DNA from: Macrostomum hystrix
Lineage: Eukaryota > Animalia > Platyhelminthes
Assembly: GCA_950097015.1 (NCBI GenBank)
Contig: CATNEN010000037.1
Location: 2,108,001-2,172,000, forward strand
Reading direction: 5' to 3'
DNA: 64,000 nt
Each line of letters starts with the position of its first letter. Position 1 is the stretch's first letter. A program made the position numbers and the translations under genes. Positions 27,401-39,323 of this stretch are shown here, piece after piece. Under the pieces are notes generated by a model. The model made no database searches, was not told the origin of the DNA, and saw only the letters and a list, made by a program, of their open reading frames with translations.

Positions 27401-30400
27401 TAGCTTCGAATTCGCCCACATGGAGACTAATTCCCTGAATCCGGTGAGTCAACCGCATGCTAGTTGGGAAAACAAGATTTGTCCATTTGTCAACTGTTTA
27501 TCTTGCTCCATCGCTCCTACCTCTTAAGTGGACCGTGATAAGTTCTTAAGGGAAGAGTCTCGAAGATTTTGTGTGAGGTTTGTGTAGAGTGAGCTAGTTG
27601 AGGAGTGGACTTTGGTCAGGAATAAAGTGGTGGGATTAAGGATTGAGGTGATTGAGGAGTGAGGCGGGTGAGGAGTGAGTTGGGTGAGGATTAATGTGGG
27701 TGAGAAATAAAATTGGGTGAGAAGTGAGGTGGGTGAGGAGTAAGTTGGGTGATGATTGAGGTTGGTGAAGATTAAAAAGGGTGAAAATTAAAGAGGGTGA
27801 GGAGTAAGGTGGCTGAGGATTGAGGTGGGTGAGGAGTGAGGTGGGTAAATAATTGAGGGTGAGGAGTGAAGTGGTTGAGAAGAGAGGCGGGTGAGGAGTG
27901 AGGCGGGTGAGGAGTGAGGCGGGTGAGGATTGAGGTGGGTGAAGATTTAGGTGGCTGAGGATTGAGGTAGGTGAGGAGTGAGGTGGGTGATGTTTGAGGT
28001 GGGTGACGATTGAGGTGGTGAAGATTAAAAAGGGTGAAAATTAAAGTGGGTGAGGAGTCAGGTGGGTGAGGAGTGAGGTGGGTGAAGAGTGAGTCGGGAG
28101 AGGAGTGAGGTGGGCGAGAATAGGGACAAACTACATCGAGTAGACTTACAGTCAGCAGGTAAGCATACTTTTCCGTAATAAGTTACTATTAGCCGATGGA
28201 TTTCACCCATTGCTCCAGTTCGCCAGCTGGACTTTTGACCGCGGCTTTGCGCCCACGCCACAGGCCGCGGAGTCAGACGCCCGACACACAGCCGCCCAAC
28301 TCGAGTGGTTTCTCCGCCGCAACCTATCGGTGGTCACGGCCGAGTTCCCGCCGTTTGTGATGTACAGAACTCGAGACAGCAACGGCTCGCCTGTGTACGG
28401 CAACGACCGCTGGTTTGGACTGTCCATCGAGCTATTCGCCAAGTTGGCCGACATCAACAACCTGGGATTTCGAATCTACGGAGCGCCGGACGCCACGCCG
28501 GGGATTCGAATTTCGACCTCGCCAAGCGGCGTCGAACGATGGAGCGGCATGGTGGGCGAGATCATGGCTGGCAATGCCGACATTGCCGTTGGACCTTTCA
28601 GTGTCACCTATGAGAGGGAACGTGTAAGCGCTCATTGCTAGGGGAGATCTTAGAATGGGGATTTTAGAGATGGAGTAGTTGGGAAATGGGGATTTGAGAT
28701 TGTGGTAGTTGGGAAGTTGGGATTTGAGATTTAGGTAGTTGGGAAGTGGGGATTTGAGATTTAGGTAGTTAGGAGGTGGGGATTTGAGATTTAGGTAGAT
28801 GGGAAGTGGGGATTTGGGATTTAGGTAGTTGGGAAGTGGGGATTTGGGATTTAGGTAGTTGGGAAGTGGGGATTTGAGATTTAGTAGTTGTGAAGGTGGG
28901 ATTCGATAATGGGGATGGTTGGCAGGTGGGTATCAAAACAGATGCAGGGTGAATTTATTAGAAAGGGGATATGTAGAAGTGCCTATTCGATTACGGGATA
29001 CTCCAAAAAGCTTCAGGTAATTAGTCAAGCAGGTAAAAACTCCACTTTGCTCTCAGGTTATAGACTTCAGCACGCCATACATGGGCCTCGGACTGACGGT
29101 GCTGATGAAGCGCACGGAGGTGCCCTCGGATCTGTTCCAGTTTCTCAATCCCTTCCACCGTGATGTGTGGCTCTACACCCTGTTAGCTCTGGTGGTGTTC
29201 ACAGCCTTCGTGTTCTTTGTGGCTCGCTTGAGTCCGTACGAGTGGTTCTCAAGGTCCGCCTGCCGGCCAGTTGAGGAGAATGTATTCAGCCTGCACAACA
29301 GCCTGTGGTTTGCGGCATGCTCGCTGCTACAGCAGGGTGATTTGAATTGAAAGGGAGCGGGGATTGGGAGAGGGAATGGGGATTGGGAGAGGGAATGGGG
29401 ATTTAGAGAGGGAATGGGGATTGGGAGAGAGAACGGGGATTGGTAGAGAGAACGGGGATTGAGAGAGGGAATGGGGATTAAGAGAGGGAATGGGGATTGG
29501 GAGAGGGAATGGGGATTTATAGAGGGAATGGGGATTGGGAGAGAGAACGGGGATTGGTAGAGAGAACGGGGATTGGGAGAGGGAATGGGGATTGGGAGAG
29601 AGAATGGGGATTGGGAGAGAGAACGGGGATTGGGAGAGGGAATGGCGATTGGGAGAGAGAATGGGGATTGGGAGAGGGAATGGGGATTTAGAGAGGGAAT
29701 GGGGATTGGGAGAGAGAACGGGGATTGGGAGAGGGAATGGGGATTGGAAGAGAGAATGGGGATTGGGAGAGGGAATGGGGATTTAGAGAGGGAATGGGGA
29801 TTGGGAGAGAGAACGGGGATTGGGAGAGAGAACGGGGATTGGGAGAGGGAATGGGGATTGGGAGAGAGAACGGGGATTGGGAGAGGGAATGGGGATTGGA
29901 AGAGAGAATGGGGATTGGGAGAGAGAACGGGGATTGGGAGAGAGAACGGGGATTGGGAGAGGGAATGGCGATTGGGAGAGAGAACGGGGATTGGGAGAGG
30001 GAATGGGGATTGGAAGAGAGAATGGGGATTGGGAGAGGGAATGGGGATTTAGAGAGGGAATGGGGATTGGGAGAGAGAACGGGGATTGGGAGAGAGAACG
30101 GGGATTGGGAGAGAGAACGGGGATTGGGAGAGGGAATGGGGATTGGGAGAGGGAATGGGGATTGGGAGAGGGAATGGGGATTGGGAGAGGGAATGGGGAT
30201 TGGGAGAGGGAATGGGGATTGAGAGAGGGAATGGGGATTGAGAGAGGGAATGGGGATTGGGAGAGGGAATGGGGATTGGGAGAGGGAATGGGGATTGGGA
30301 GAGAGAATGGGGATTGGGAGAGAGAATGGGGATTGGGAGAGGGAATGGGGATTGAGAGAGGGAATGGGGATTGGGTGAGGGAATGGGGATTGAGAGAGGG

Positions 30401-33400
30401 AATGGGGATTTAGAGAGGGAATGGGGATTGGGAGAGAGAACGGGGATTGGGAGAGGGAATGGGGATTGAGAGAGGGAATGGGGATTGGGAGAGGGAATGG
30501 GGATTCGGAGAGGGAATGGGGATTGGTAGAGGGAATGGGGATTGAGAGAGGGAATGGGGATTGAGAGAGGGAGTGGGGTTTGGGAGAGAGAACGGGGATT
30601 CGGAGAGGGAATGGGGATTGAGAGAGGGAATGGGGATTGGGAGAGGGAATGGGGATTCGGAGAGGGAATGGGGATTGGTAGAGGGAATGGGGATTGAGAG
30701 AGGGAATGGGGATTTAGAGAGGGAATGGGGATTGGGAGAGAGAACGGGGATTGGGAGAGAGAACGGGGATTGGGAGAGGGAATGGGGATTGGGAGAGGGA
30801 ATGGGGATTGAGAGAGGGAATGGGGATTGGGAGAGGGAATGGGGATTGGGAGAGGGAATGGGGATTGAGAGAGGGAATGGGGATTGAGAGAGGGAATGGG
30901 GATTGGGAGAGGGAATGGGGATTGGGAGAGGGAATGGGGATTGGGAGAGAGAATGGGGATTGGGAGAGAGAATGGGGATTGGGAGAGGGAATGGGGATTG
31001 AGAGAGGGAATGGGGATTGGGTGAGGGAATGGGGATTGAGAGAGGGAATGGGGATTTAGAGAGGGAATGGGGATTGGGAGAGAGAACGGGGATTGGGAGA
31101 GGGAATGGGGATTGAGAGAGGGAATGGGGATTGGGAGAGGGAATGGGGATTCGGAGAGGGAATGGGGATTGGTAGAGGGAATGGGGATTGAGAGAGGGAA
31201 TGGGGATTGAGAGAGGGAGTGGGGTTTGGGAGAGAGAACGGGGATTCGGAGAGGGAATGGGGATTGAGAGAGGGAATGGGGATTGGGAGAGGGAATGGGG
31301 ATTCGGAGAGGGAATGGGGATTGGTAGAGGGAATGGGGATTGAGAGAGGGAATGGGGATTTAGAGAGGGAATGGGGATTGGGAGAGAGAACGGGGATTCG
31401 GAGAGGGAATGGGGATTTAGAGAGGGAATGGGGATTGGGAGAGAGAATGGGGATTGGGAGAGGGAGTGGGGATTGGGAGAGAGAACGGGGATTGGGAGAG
31501 GGAATGGTGATTGGGAGATGGAATCGGGATTGGGAGAGGGAATGGGGATTGGGAGAGGGAATGGGGATTGGGAGAGGCAGTGGGGATTGGGATAGGGAAT
31601 GGGGATTGGGAGAGGGAATGGGGATTGGGAGAGAGAACGGGGATTGGGATAGGGAATGGGGATTGGGAGAGGGAATGGGGATTGGGAGAGAGAACGGGGA
31701 TTGGGAGAGGGAATGGGGATTGGAAGAGAGAATGGGGATTGGGAGAGAGAACGGGGATTGGGAGAGAGAACGGGGATTGGGAGAGGGAATGGCGATTGGG
31801 AGAGAGAACGGGGATTGGGAGAGGTAATGGGGATTGGAAGAGAGAATGGGGATTGGGAGAGGGAATGGGGATTGGAAGAGAGAATGGGGATTGGGAGAGG
31901 GAATGGGGATTTAGAGAGGGAATGGGGATTGGGAGAGAGAACGGGGATTGGGAGAGAGAAAGGGGAATTGGAGAGGGAATGGGGATTGGGAGAGAGAATG
32001 GGGATTGGGAGAGGGAATGGGGATTGGGAGAGGGAATGGGGATTGAGAGAGGGAATGGGGATTGGGAGAGGGAATGGGGATTGGGAGAGAGAATGGGGAT
32101 TGGGAGAGAGAATGGGGATTGGGAGAGAGAATGGGGATTGGGAGAGGGAATGGGGATTAAGAGAGGGAATGTGGGTTCAGAAAGGAAATGGGAATAGGTG
32201 ACATTGAAGCATAAGGGAGAATAAAGGAGAGAGATAGGTTGAAATGGACAGATTAAAGTGTGGAATAATATGCATTTGAAGACAGGTTTGTTAATCAGAA
32301 ACAGCTGATCTGCTACCCTCAATGGCCTATCCAGGTTCTGAGCTGGTACCCACAGCATTCTCAGTTCGGTTAGCCAGTGCATTCTGGTGGTTCTTCATCC
32401 TGGTCATTGTTAGCAGCTACACGGCCAATCTAGCCGCATTTCTCACCGTGAACAAGTTGAATGAGATCAGCACACTGGCTCAGTTGGTCAGTCAGGAGAG
32501 CGTCAAGTACAGCATCATTTCAACGGACGCCACCTACACCTTCTTCTCGGTGAGTGAAGCCTTTTGAAGCAGCTTTCTTATTGAAAATATTTGTAAACTT
32601 TCCTTCGTCACTTTGTCAATCGCTCAGTCGTCCAAGGACCCAATCTACAGCGAGATGTTCAAGAAAATGCTCCACTGGAACGCCAGCGGCAAGGCGCCGT
32701 TTCTAGCGAACCCGATGGACGCGCTGCTCCGGGTGCGGGCCGGAGGTTTCGCCGCTGTGCTGGAGTCGCCTCTAGTCGAATTCTATCGGGAGCGCGACTG
32801 CGACCTGATCCAGGTTGGGGACATCTTCAGCCCTAGCGCCTACGGCTTCGGAGTGGCTCAGGGCAGTGAGTCTCGGTGGCGTCCACAACTTTCCATCATT
32901 GGTTTCTCATCTGCTAGCGCAGTCGCGGATGGCTGCGGACAATGGCACACCATTGCACGCAAGCCTTAAAAAATTCTTGTCTCTTCTCTGGGGAATCGAG
33001 CCCAGTGACCTTGGTGCCGGAGGCAAACGCGTTAGACCGCTCTGCCACTCACCCCCTATGCTTGCAGATACTGTCCTGCGAAACATGTTGACGGAGACTA
33101 TCCTGCAGCTGATGCAGCAGCAGTTTATTGTCCAGCTGCAGGCGAAATGGTTTAAGAATTACAACATCACCGGGGTGCCGTGCAGCAGTCGGACCGGCAG
33201 CGGCGGCGTCGGCGGGTCGCAGTCGACGCCAGGCACGCTGAACATGGACGCCTTCGCTGGCCTGTTCATCACCCTGGCTGCCGGGCTGGCCCTGTCTCTG
33301 CTGGCACTCGCCTGCGAGATTTTGCTGAAAGTCCGGCTAACCCGGGCGTCGCGAAGTGTAAGAATAACTTCTCCCAAAATAATTGGGTTCAAGCAAGCTT

Positions 33401-33691
33401 CTTTCATATCAGTATCTTTCATACCATACAGACTCTGCAGATAAGCAAATAGCTAAACAATTGATCTTTCAGATTTGGCTCAGTGAAGCAATTGTTCAGC
33501 TATTTCAGCGAGCCTTCCTTGGCTACAGAGCACGCACGCTTGAACCAGCACCGCCGGCTGGCAGCAACCCGCCGCAGGTCTGCTCGGTTGAGAAGGCCGG
33601 CGTTCCATCCAGTGTCTTCGCTTCGTCGCCAACTCTGTCTGAGGAGCGCATCAGTGGGAATATATATTATCGAAAGACCACTGTTCTGTAG
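21497..33691 (+). CDS. Ionotropic glutamate receptor subunit, kainate/AMPA-like (~919 aa, 14 exons)
   Basis: join(21497..21590,21660..21737,22618..22941,23739..23914,25271..25324,25698..25802,26754..26921,27330..27443,28219..28623,29057..29336,32335..32549,32628..32865,33068..33357,33473..33691); all GT-AG, phases match, 2760 nt. Signal-peptide-like MIEFKLLVCVLLQQAALLTAQ; ATD-like FYPSQQLLG...WLEWTVFVVLHD; S1 PPFVM, WSGMVGEIM, ADIAVGPFSVTYERERVIDFSTPYM; M2 NSLWFAACSLLQQGSELVP (kainate-like GSELxP); M3 SSYTANLAAFLT; S2 LESP, RDCDLIQVG, YGFG; M4 FAGLFITLAAG; tail KTTVL. ATD exons are less certain than LBD/TM exons. Confidence 0.92.
21768..22600. repeat. 23-bp C-rich minisatellite (CCATCCAGCATCCGCCCCTCCCA)n, iGluR intron 2
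   Basis: Visible period. Confidence 0.96.
23018..23685. repeat. 13-bp perfectly homogeneous array (GGATCTGGGATCT)n, iGluR intron 3
   Basis: No variant units visible across ~660 bp. Confidence 0.98.
23965..25230. repeat. 23-bp C-rich minisatellite (CCACAATCTAGCATCCGCCCCTT)n, iGluR intron 4
   Basis: Visible period; shares GCATCCGCCCC with the intron-2 array. Confidence 0.96.
25995..26580. repeat. 19/20-bp minisatellite (GGGAGAATGTCTAGGGTTA)n, iGluR intron 6
   Basis: Visible period. Confidence 0.93.
26938..27192. repeat. 29/30-bp G-rich minisatellite (GGAAACTGAGGGACTGGGGGTAGAGCGGTGA..)n, iGluR intron 7
   Basis: About 8 visible units. Confidence 0.92.
27590..28120. repeat. Degenerate G-rich repeat (GAGGTGGGTGAGGAGT-like), iGluR intron 8
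   Basis: Recurring GGGTGAGGA motif with irregular spacing. Confidence 0.85.
28650..28905. repeat. 30-bp G-rich minisatellite (GGGAAGTGGGGATTTGAGATTTAGGTAGTT)n, iGluR intron 9
   Basis: Visible period. Confidence 0.92.
29355..32170. repeat. 19-bp purine-rich minisatellite (GGGAGAGGGAATGGGGATT)n, iGluR intron 10
   Basis: Visible period over ~2.8 kb; includes a ~646-bp higher-order duplication (identical ORF starts at 30561 and 31207, ends at 30413 and 31059). Confidence 0.98.
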
Positions 33692-35027
33692 CATATTGAT
33701 TGAAGAAACGTAAAATACGAAATAATATAAAATTTGAGTTGTGGGCTTCATCGACCTGATAAAATATAACGCGCCATGATATCAAAAAATGGTCATTCAA
33801 ATGTTTAATGTTTACACGATAATGACAACGTTTCTTCTTGCGGCAAACGATAGTTCTATGTTTCACTCGTAGTCGACATGTTAAGTAAAGGTCGATTAGG
33901 TTGCTTTGAAATTTAATGCAAAATTTACGTTGTATTTCAGAATTGGCCCTGTCTCAAACCTAAAACAACAAGCAAAATTTTGTGGTTTGGTACTTGCAAC
34001 TATATTGAATTCTACAAGCAAAAGTTACAACACGACCGAAGAGTTACATTTAAAAAATCGTAAAAATTCCGATGTTATACCATGATCCGAAGTATATTAA
34101 AACAACATATAAATACTAAGCAAAAAATATCGTAGATTCAACAATTATATTTTTAACTCGTTAATTTTAAATGCCGTTTTTATTTATGTAATTTATGAAA
34201 TATAAGTACTGCTTGAAAGATTGGCTACACTACTAAATTTTGACTCGGGATATTTCATTTTAATTTTGACTGGATTAATAGGTGATAAATTATGCTGAAT
34301 GAAACTTAGAAGAGGCTGTGTTTTTCAGTTTCGCGGAATTCGTTGCGTCAAAGATTACTGTGTTCGATGCTGTTAGAAGGCATATTAAATGAGAAAAGAT
34401 AATGCATACGTTATTATCTTATTAATAAAATGAAATGGTCTTTTTCATTGAATACTTACTTTATTTATTTATCATATTTAATACAATATTACTCATATTT
34501 TAATAATCATGATAATACCGTTTATGCGAAATGTATATTCGCATTAATTTATATTTGCCTTAAGTTTATTTCATATAAATGTGCCCAAGAGAATTAGCAC
34601 AACTCACAACTATTGTTGTAAAATGCAACATTGTCGCATTTTACTAAACAGGATCGGATTCTGTCCTGTCTTATTTACATATTGTTAATTCGTTTTGTTA
34701 TGTAAGAGTTTTCTCAAGCAAAAGGCTGGTTTACACAGACATTAAATGATTTTTGTTAGGTTTGAAGTACAAGCTGTTCTTAAAAAAATAATTTTCACGT
34801 GTGATTTGTCCTCATTTGATGCTGTGTGAATGTGCATCTGAGAATGAGAATGAGAATGAGAATATTTTCAGTCTCAATCATATTGTAGCTATGAATTTGC
34901 TAGTTTAAAATTTCCACCAGAAAAAATTAGAGTCATGGTAAAATGAAAGTTGCCTATGATTTGAGTGCATAAAATTAATAATGCTGTGAATTGTATTTTG
35001 CTATGTTCCTCTATAAATTTCAGCAAA

Positions 35028-38000
35028 ATGGCATTAAGAGAACAAGCAGATGATGTTCCAGACTTGCTGAGCGACTTGCCAGGACCTGCCAAGACTCAGC
35101 AAACAAAAACTGGTAAATTGATATATTAAAATATAAAATATAAAAATATACTTCATAAAATAGTTTAAATGAAGAACCTTGAAACTGTTCTATACATAGT
35201 ATTATGAACCCAATTAGTTGTAAATGGAAGAGTTACCTTATTAAATGAATTAGCAAACAAAAATAATCTTCAGGCCCTAATTCGAAACCTATGAAGCCAA
35301 TAGCAATTGCATCCATTTCGAGCTCAGCACAATCTGGCAAAGGTCGAACTGTCGAAAAAGCAGCAACATCAGCTCCTGGAGGCCGTCAGCTACTGCCGCA
35401 GCGACCAAAGCCCGTGTCTGCTACCAGCGTTTGTAAGATAACATGTCCTTTATTGCCTACTTAAATAGTTAGAAGAACAATTATACCATGAACTAGTAAA
35501 CTTAGGAACTTAGGAAAACTCGAACAGCGAGTTACTACTGAAAGTAGATTGCAACTATACATTATTCTTAGAATTTGAAATCCATTGATTTATACTTTTT
35601 TGCCATTTTTAGCTGGAAAGAAGTTGCAGGAAAGCAAAGAGGAAGAAGAATTGACATTTAAAGAATTGGTGAGCTGTTAATTAAAATAGAGAGTACTAAT
35701 TAGCTCGTAAATTACTGATCGCAATCGCTTAAATATCTGCAGCTCGAAATATCGATGGAAGAAAATGCCCAGAGAGTGTTCGACTTGGATCTTCGACAGA
35801 AACAGTTAAAATGCATTCCTTTCGCCCTGAAAGAGGTGAGCTCTTATTTTCAGCTTTTTGCCCTTGAAATTTACAAATCCTTAATTAACTAAAAATGTTA
35901 ATTTGATCACGTCAAAACTAAAATTCCTTTTAGTTTAAACGATTAAAAATCTTGGACTTGTCTAGCAATGTAATCTCGGAGATAAGCAATTTATTCGACA
36001 ATAAGGTTTGTGGTGCCACTTTGTCTATTTAAACAACGGTCTAAAGTTGTAACAGAGAAGTCGGAACTTTGACACTAGTTCAGATATATTGCTTCACTTC
36101 AATCAGCTGAGAAGTTTGTGCCACAGAAGCTGTGAACACAGCCTCTCAGTGTATTATTCTTCGTAATGTATTATTTACCATATGAATTACTAACGATTTG
36201 GTAGTATACTGCTATCCGATTCAGGAGCTGAGAGAGTTAAAACTGTACGACAACATGATCACATCCATCTGCTTATTAGAATCGTGAGTATACTTATTAA
36301 ATATTAAAATTTCTTACTTTTCCTCGAAGGAAGGAAAGGATGAATAGAATTACCGTTTCTGCTTTATATTTTCAGACAGAAGGAACTTAGCTCTCTGCAG
36401 TTGCAGTACAATCAGATTAGTAAATTAGGTAAGTGCAGCTTAAAATCTATCTTAAGTTTCCATTGGTTATGAAGACCTCAGCTTGCACTAATCTCACACA
36501 GGCGGAGGATTAGCACCATTGAAAAAGTTGAACTCGCTCAAATTGAACAACAATCAACTGCGAGCACTAGAGGTTAAAGAGCTGGCGCCGTTGAATCAGC
36601 TGACATTCCTCGATGTCAGCTTTAACCAGTTGAAGGATATTTCGGTGGGTATCATAGCCGCAAGTTGCCTAATAATTGACCTATTTCAATGATCAGACGT
36701 GTAATGCTAATCTGTCACCTATACTAAAAAAGGCGATCGTCTGTCTGACAAACCTGGAGGAGCTGCGAGCCGATAATAATCAACTTGAGACACTGCCCGA
36801 CTTTAGCAGGTGCAGAAAGGTGAGTTGATGAGAATAGCTTGCAAAAAATTGTCTCATTTGATTCTTAAGCCAAAATATTTATCGTCTGACAGTCGATTCT
36901 GTCAGTTTCTTTTCCTATACTCAATATTTTAACCCCTTCCAGTGTTCTCTCCCTTTCTCTGTCTTCTCTCCTTCCAGTTCTCCCCCTGTCCCTATCATCT
37001 CCTCTTCCTGTTCTCTCTCTGTCCCTGTCTTCTCTCCTTCCTGTTCTCTCCCGTCCCCGTCTTTTCTCCTTCCTGTTCTCTTCCGTCCCCGTCTTCTCTC
37101 CTTCCTGTTCTCTCCCTGCCCCGTCTTCTCTCCTTCCTGTTCTCTTCTCAACCATTTGGTTGACCGCCCGCCATGAAACCCATCAGCTCCGAGACCTGTA
37201 CGTCTCGCACAACCAGCTGAGCAGTCTCACCAGCTTGCGGACCGCGCCAAACCTGGAAGAGCTGGACTTGTCGCACAACCGCCTGGCCGACCTGTCGGCG
37301 GCAACTGGCGGCGGCGGCAGCGGCGGCTTCGGCGGCCAGCTGGCTCGCCTGACAAGCCTGAGCCTTGGCGACAATCGGCTGGCTGAGTTTCATTGGCTGC
37401 AAGCCGCTTGTCCGTCGCTGTACACGCTAGACATGTCCAACAATGTCCCGGCTCAGATGGACGAAAATTTGGCCGTGAGTCGAGTTTAGGAGCTATTGCG
37501 TCAGAAAACATTTAGCCAGACAAACGTTTCGTATCTCATTACTTTTTTCCAGTCCACCCTCTGCCGCCTAGAAAACCTGTTCGAATTGAGCTTCGCTAAT
37601 TGTCTCACACCTGTGGCTGCGGTGCAGAAAATGCTGCCGAACCTGGACTACTTCAACGGGGTGAGAACTGCTGCTCACGTTTTTGTTCCTGCATCATTCC
37701 ACTTCCACCTCATTCCAGCACCACCTCATTCCAGCACCACCTCATTCCAGCACAACTTCTCATTCCAGCACCACCCCATTCCAGTTCCTAATCAAATTGT
37801 TTCTTCGAAAATCACTGCCCGCAGTTTACTCTGCACCGGCCGAGCACTCCAAGCGGCGGTGCGGGCGCCGGGCCGCCGCCTCCGATGAGACCGATGTCCG
37901 CCGCATCGACTGTGACAGCCCGACAGGTGGAAAATCAGTTGCGCACTCTTGAGAGCCGCATGGTCTCATTGGAGGAGCAGACTGAGCAGGCCTTCTTACA

Positions 38001-38214
38001 CTTGCGCTCTCGCCTAGGCCAGAAACTGGCTCCCGAACCAGCACAGCAGCAGCAGCAGTCGGCGCGGTCACTGATGTCACCGACATCGCAGCACGAGATC
38101 GACGATGGCCAGGCGATGTCCGGTGAAGAGCCGCCGATGACTGGCCGGGCGTCGAGTCGGCACAATCGACTGCGCGATGCGTTAGAATTTGGAAGGCAGA
38201 GTAGAGCCCTCTGA
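35028..38214 (+). CDS. SDS22-like leucine-rich repeat protein with LRRcap-like motif and C-terminal coiled coil (~530 aa, 12 exons)
   Basis: join(35028..35112,35274..35432,35613..35668,35743..35835,35934..36005,36225..36283,36376..36428,36502..36644,36733..36819,37187..37474,37553..37660,37825..38214); phases match, 1593 nt. LRRs: LKILDLSSNVISEI, LRELKLYDNMITSI, LSSLQLQYNQISKL, LTFLDVSFNQLKDI, LEELDLSHNRL, LTSLSLGDNRL; cap LPNLDYFNG; coiled coil VENQLRTLESRMVSLEEQ. Orthology not recognised. Confidence 0.88.
36940..37150. repeat. Pyrimidine-rich ~33-bp repeat in LRR intron 9, abutting the acceptor
   Basis: Recurring CTTCTCTCCTTCCTGTTCTCT units. Confidence 0.85.
37700..37785. repeat. Short ATTCCAGCACCACCTC repeat in LRR intron 11
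   Basis: About 5 visible units. Confidence 0.8.
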
Positions 38215-38500
38215 TTGGCTGAGGGATTGAATGCTAAACTAGAGAGCTCTGATTGGCCTAAGGGATAGAATACAAAAGTAGAGCGCTCTGATTGGCTGAG
38301 GGGTTGAATACTATAATAGAGCGTTCTGATTGGCTGACGGGTTAAATGTAATAATAGAGCGTTCTGAATGGCCGAGGGGTTGAATGCTGTAATAGAGCGT
38401 TCTGATAGGCTGACGGGTTGAATGCTAAACTACTCATAGAACGCTCGTAGAACGATCTGATTGGCTTAAAGGATGAAAGTTAAACGCTCTGATTGGCTGA
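38205..38500. repeat. Degenerate ~40-bp repeat carrying CTGATTGG (reverse CCAAT) cores, LRR 3' end
   Basis: About 7 copies of GCTCTGATTGGCTGA-like motif. Confidence 0.75.
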
Positions 38501-39323
38501 TAGTGTTGCAATATCTAAATAAGACAACGTCCCTCAGCCACTTTGGTTTTGATAACTAGCTATCTTTAATCTTAAAAGTGAAAAAAAGCATAGAACTTGT
38601 GTATAGATTTGTTACATTGCTCAAAAGCCCTTACGCTTTACGTTCACGTACGCTAAAAGTGTACGACTTTAAATGCGTTAATAATGGAAGTTTAATTTCC
38701 GGACAAAATCAAGATTTAGAACCTTTCTGTTTCAATATAATAATTTTCTCTGCTTGGTCTTTTAGCTTTCATGTTTGTGTATACATTCTAAAGAAGAAAA
38801 TTGAATAAAATTACTACTAAATATGTGAAATATGCAACTAGCTTATTTTAAAGGCTTTGAAAGCTGCATTGCATTTTAAAATGTGACTAAACTACTGAAA
38901 GTAGTCGACATGACTACCATCATTTTCTGCATATTTTTATAAAAATACAGAGTGCAACAGCGAATTTGTATTTTCCAATGACAAAAACATCCATGAAAAC
39001 GGTAATACATGTTACAACTTCAAATTTGATCATTGATTACTAAGCATTTGCATGTCAAACAAAACACGATTGTGAAATTATTGCACATTAAGCTAAAGTA
39101 ACAGCCTTTGAAAAGCTGAATAGGTAACTGTTTTGATTCAATTACAAAACATGTATCAAAAATCTTCATTTGTCTAGCAAATAATTAATACGAAAAAGTT
39201 AAAATACTAAGTAAACAGCAAATAATATGAGAGTTCTAACTAACAAGTGAAACACATAGTCCATTATAAAAGATACTAACAGTAATCAGATCAGCAATAT
39301 TGGCCTACGAGTTGGCTGCAATG

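Noticed and set aside
29300-32334. Vertebrate-style Q/R editing-complementary sequence
   Set aside because: No complement of the exon end (CCTGCTGTAGCAGCGAGC) seen in the intron; the array lacks the pyrimidines needed to pair.
12317-32382. Long repetitive ORFs (SEGYLMDSGLF, PCLISPLSHL, HHPASAP, PDPDPRSRSQIQI, GERTGIGRGNGDW and similar)
   Set aside because: They are stop-free translations of intronic or intergenic minisatellites, open in several frames and both strands. The same applies to 54483-55599.
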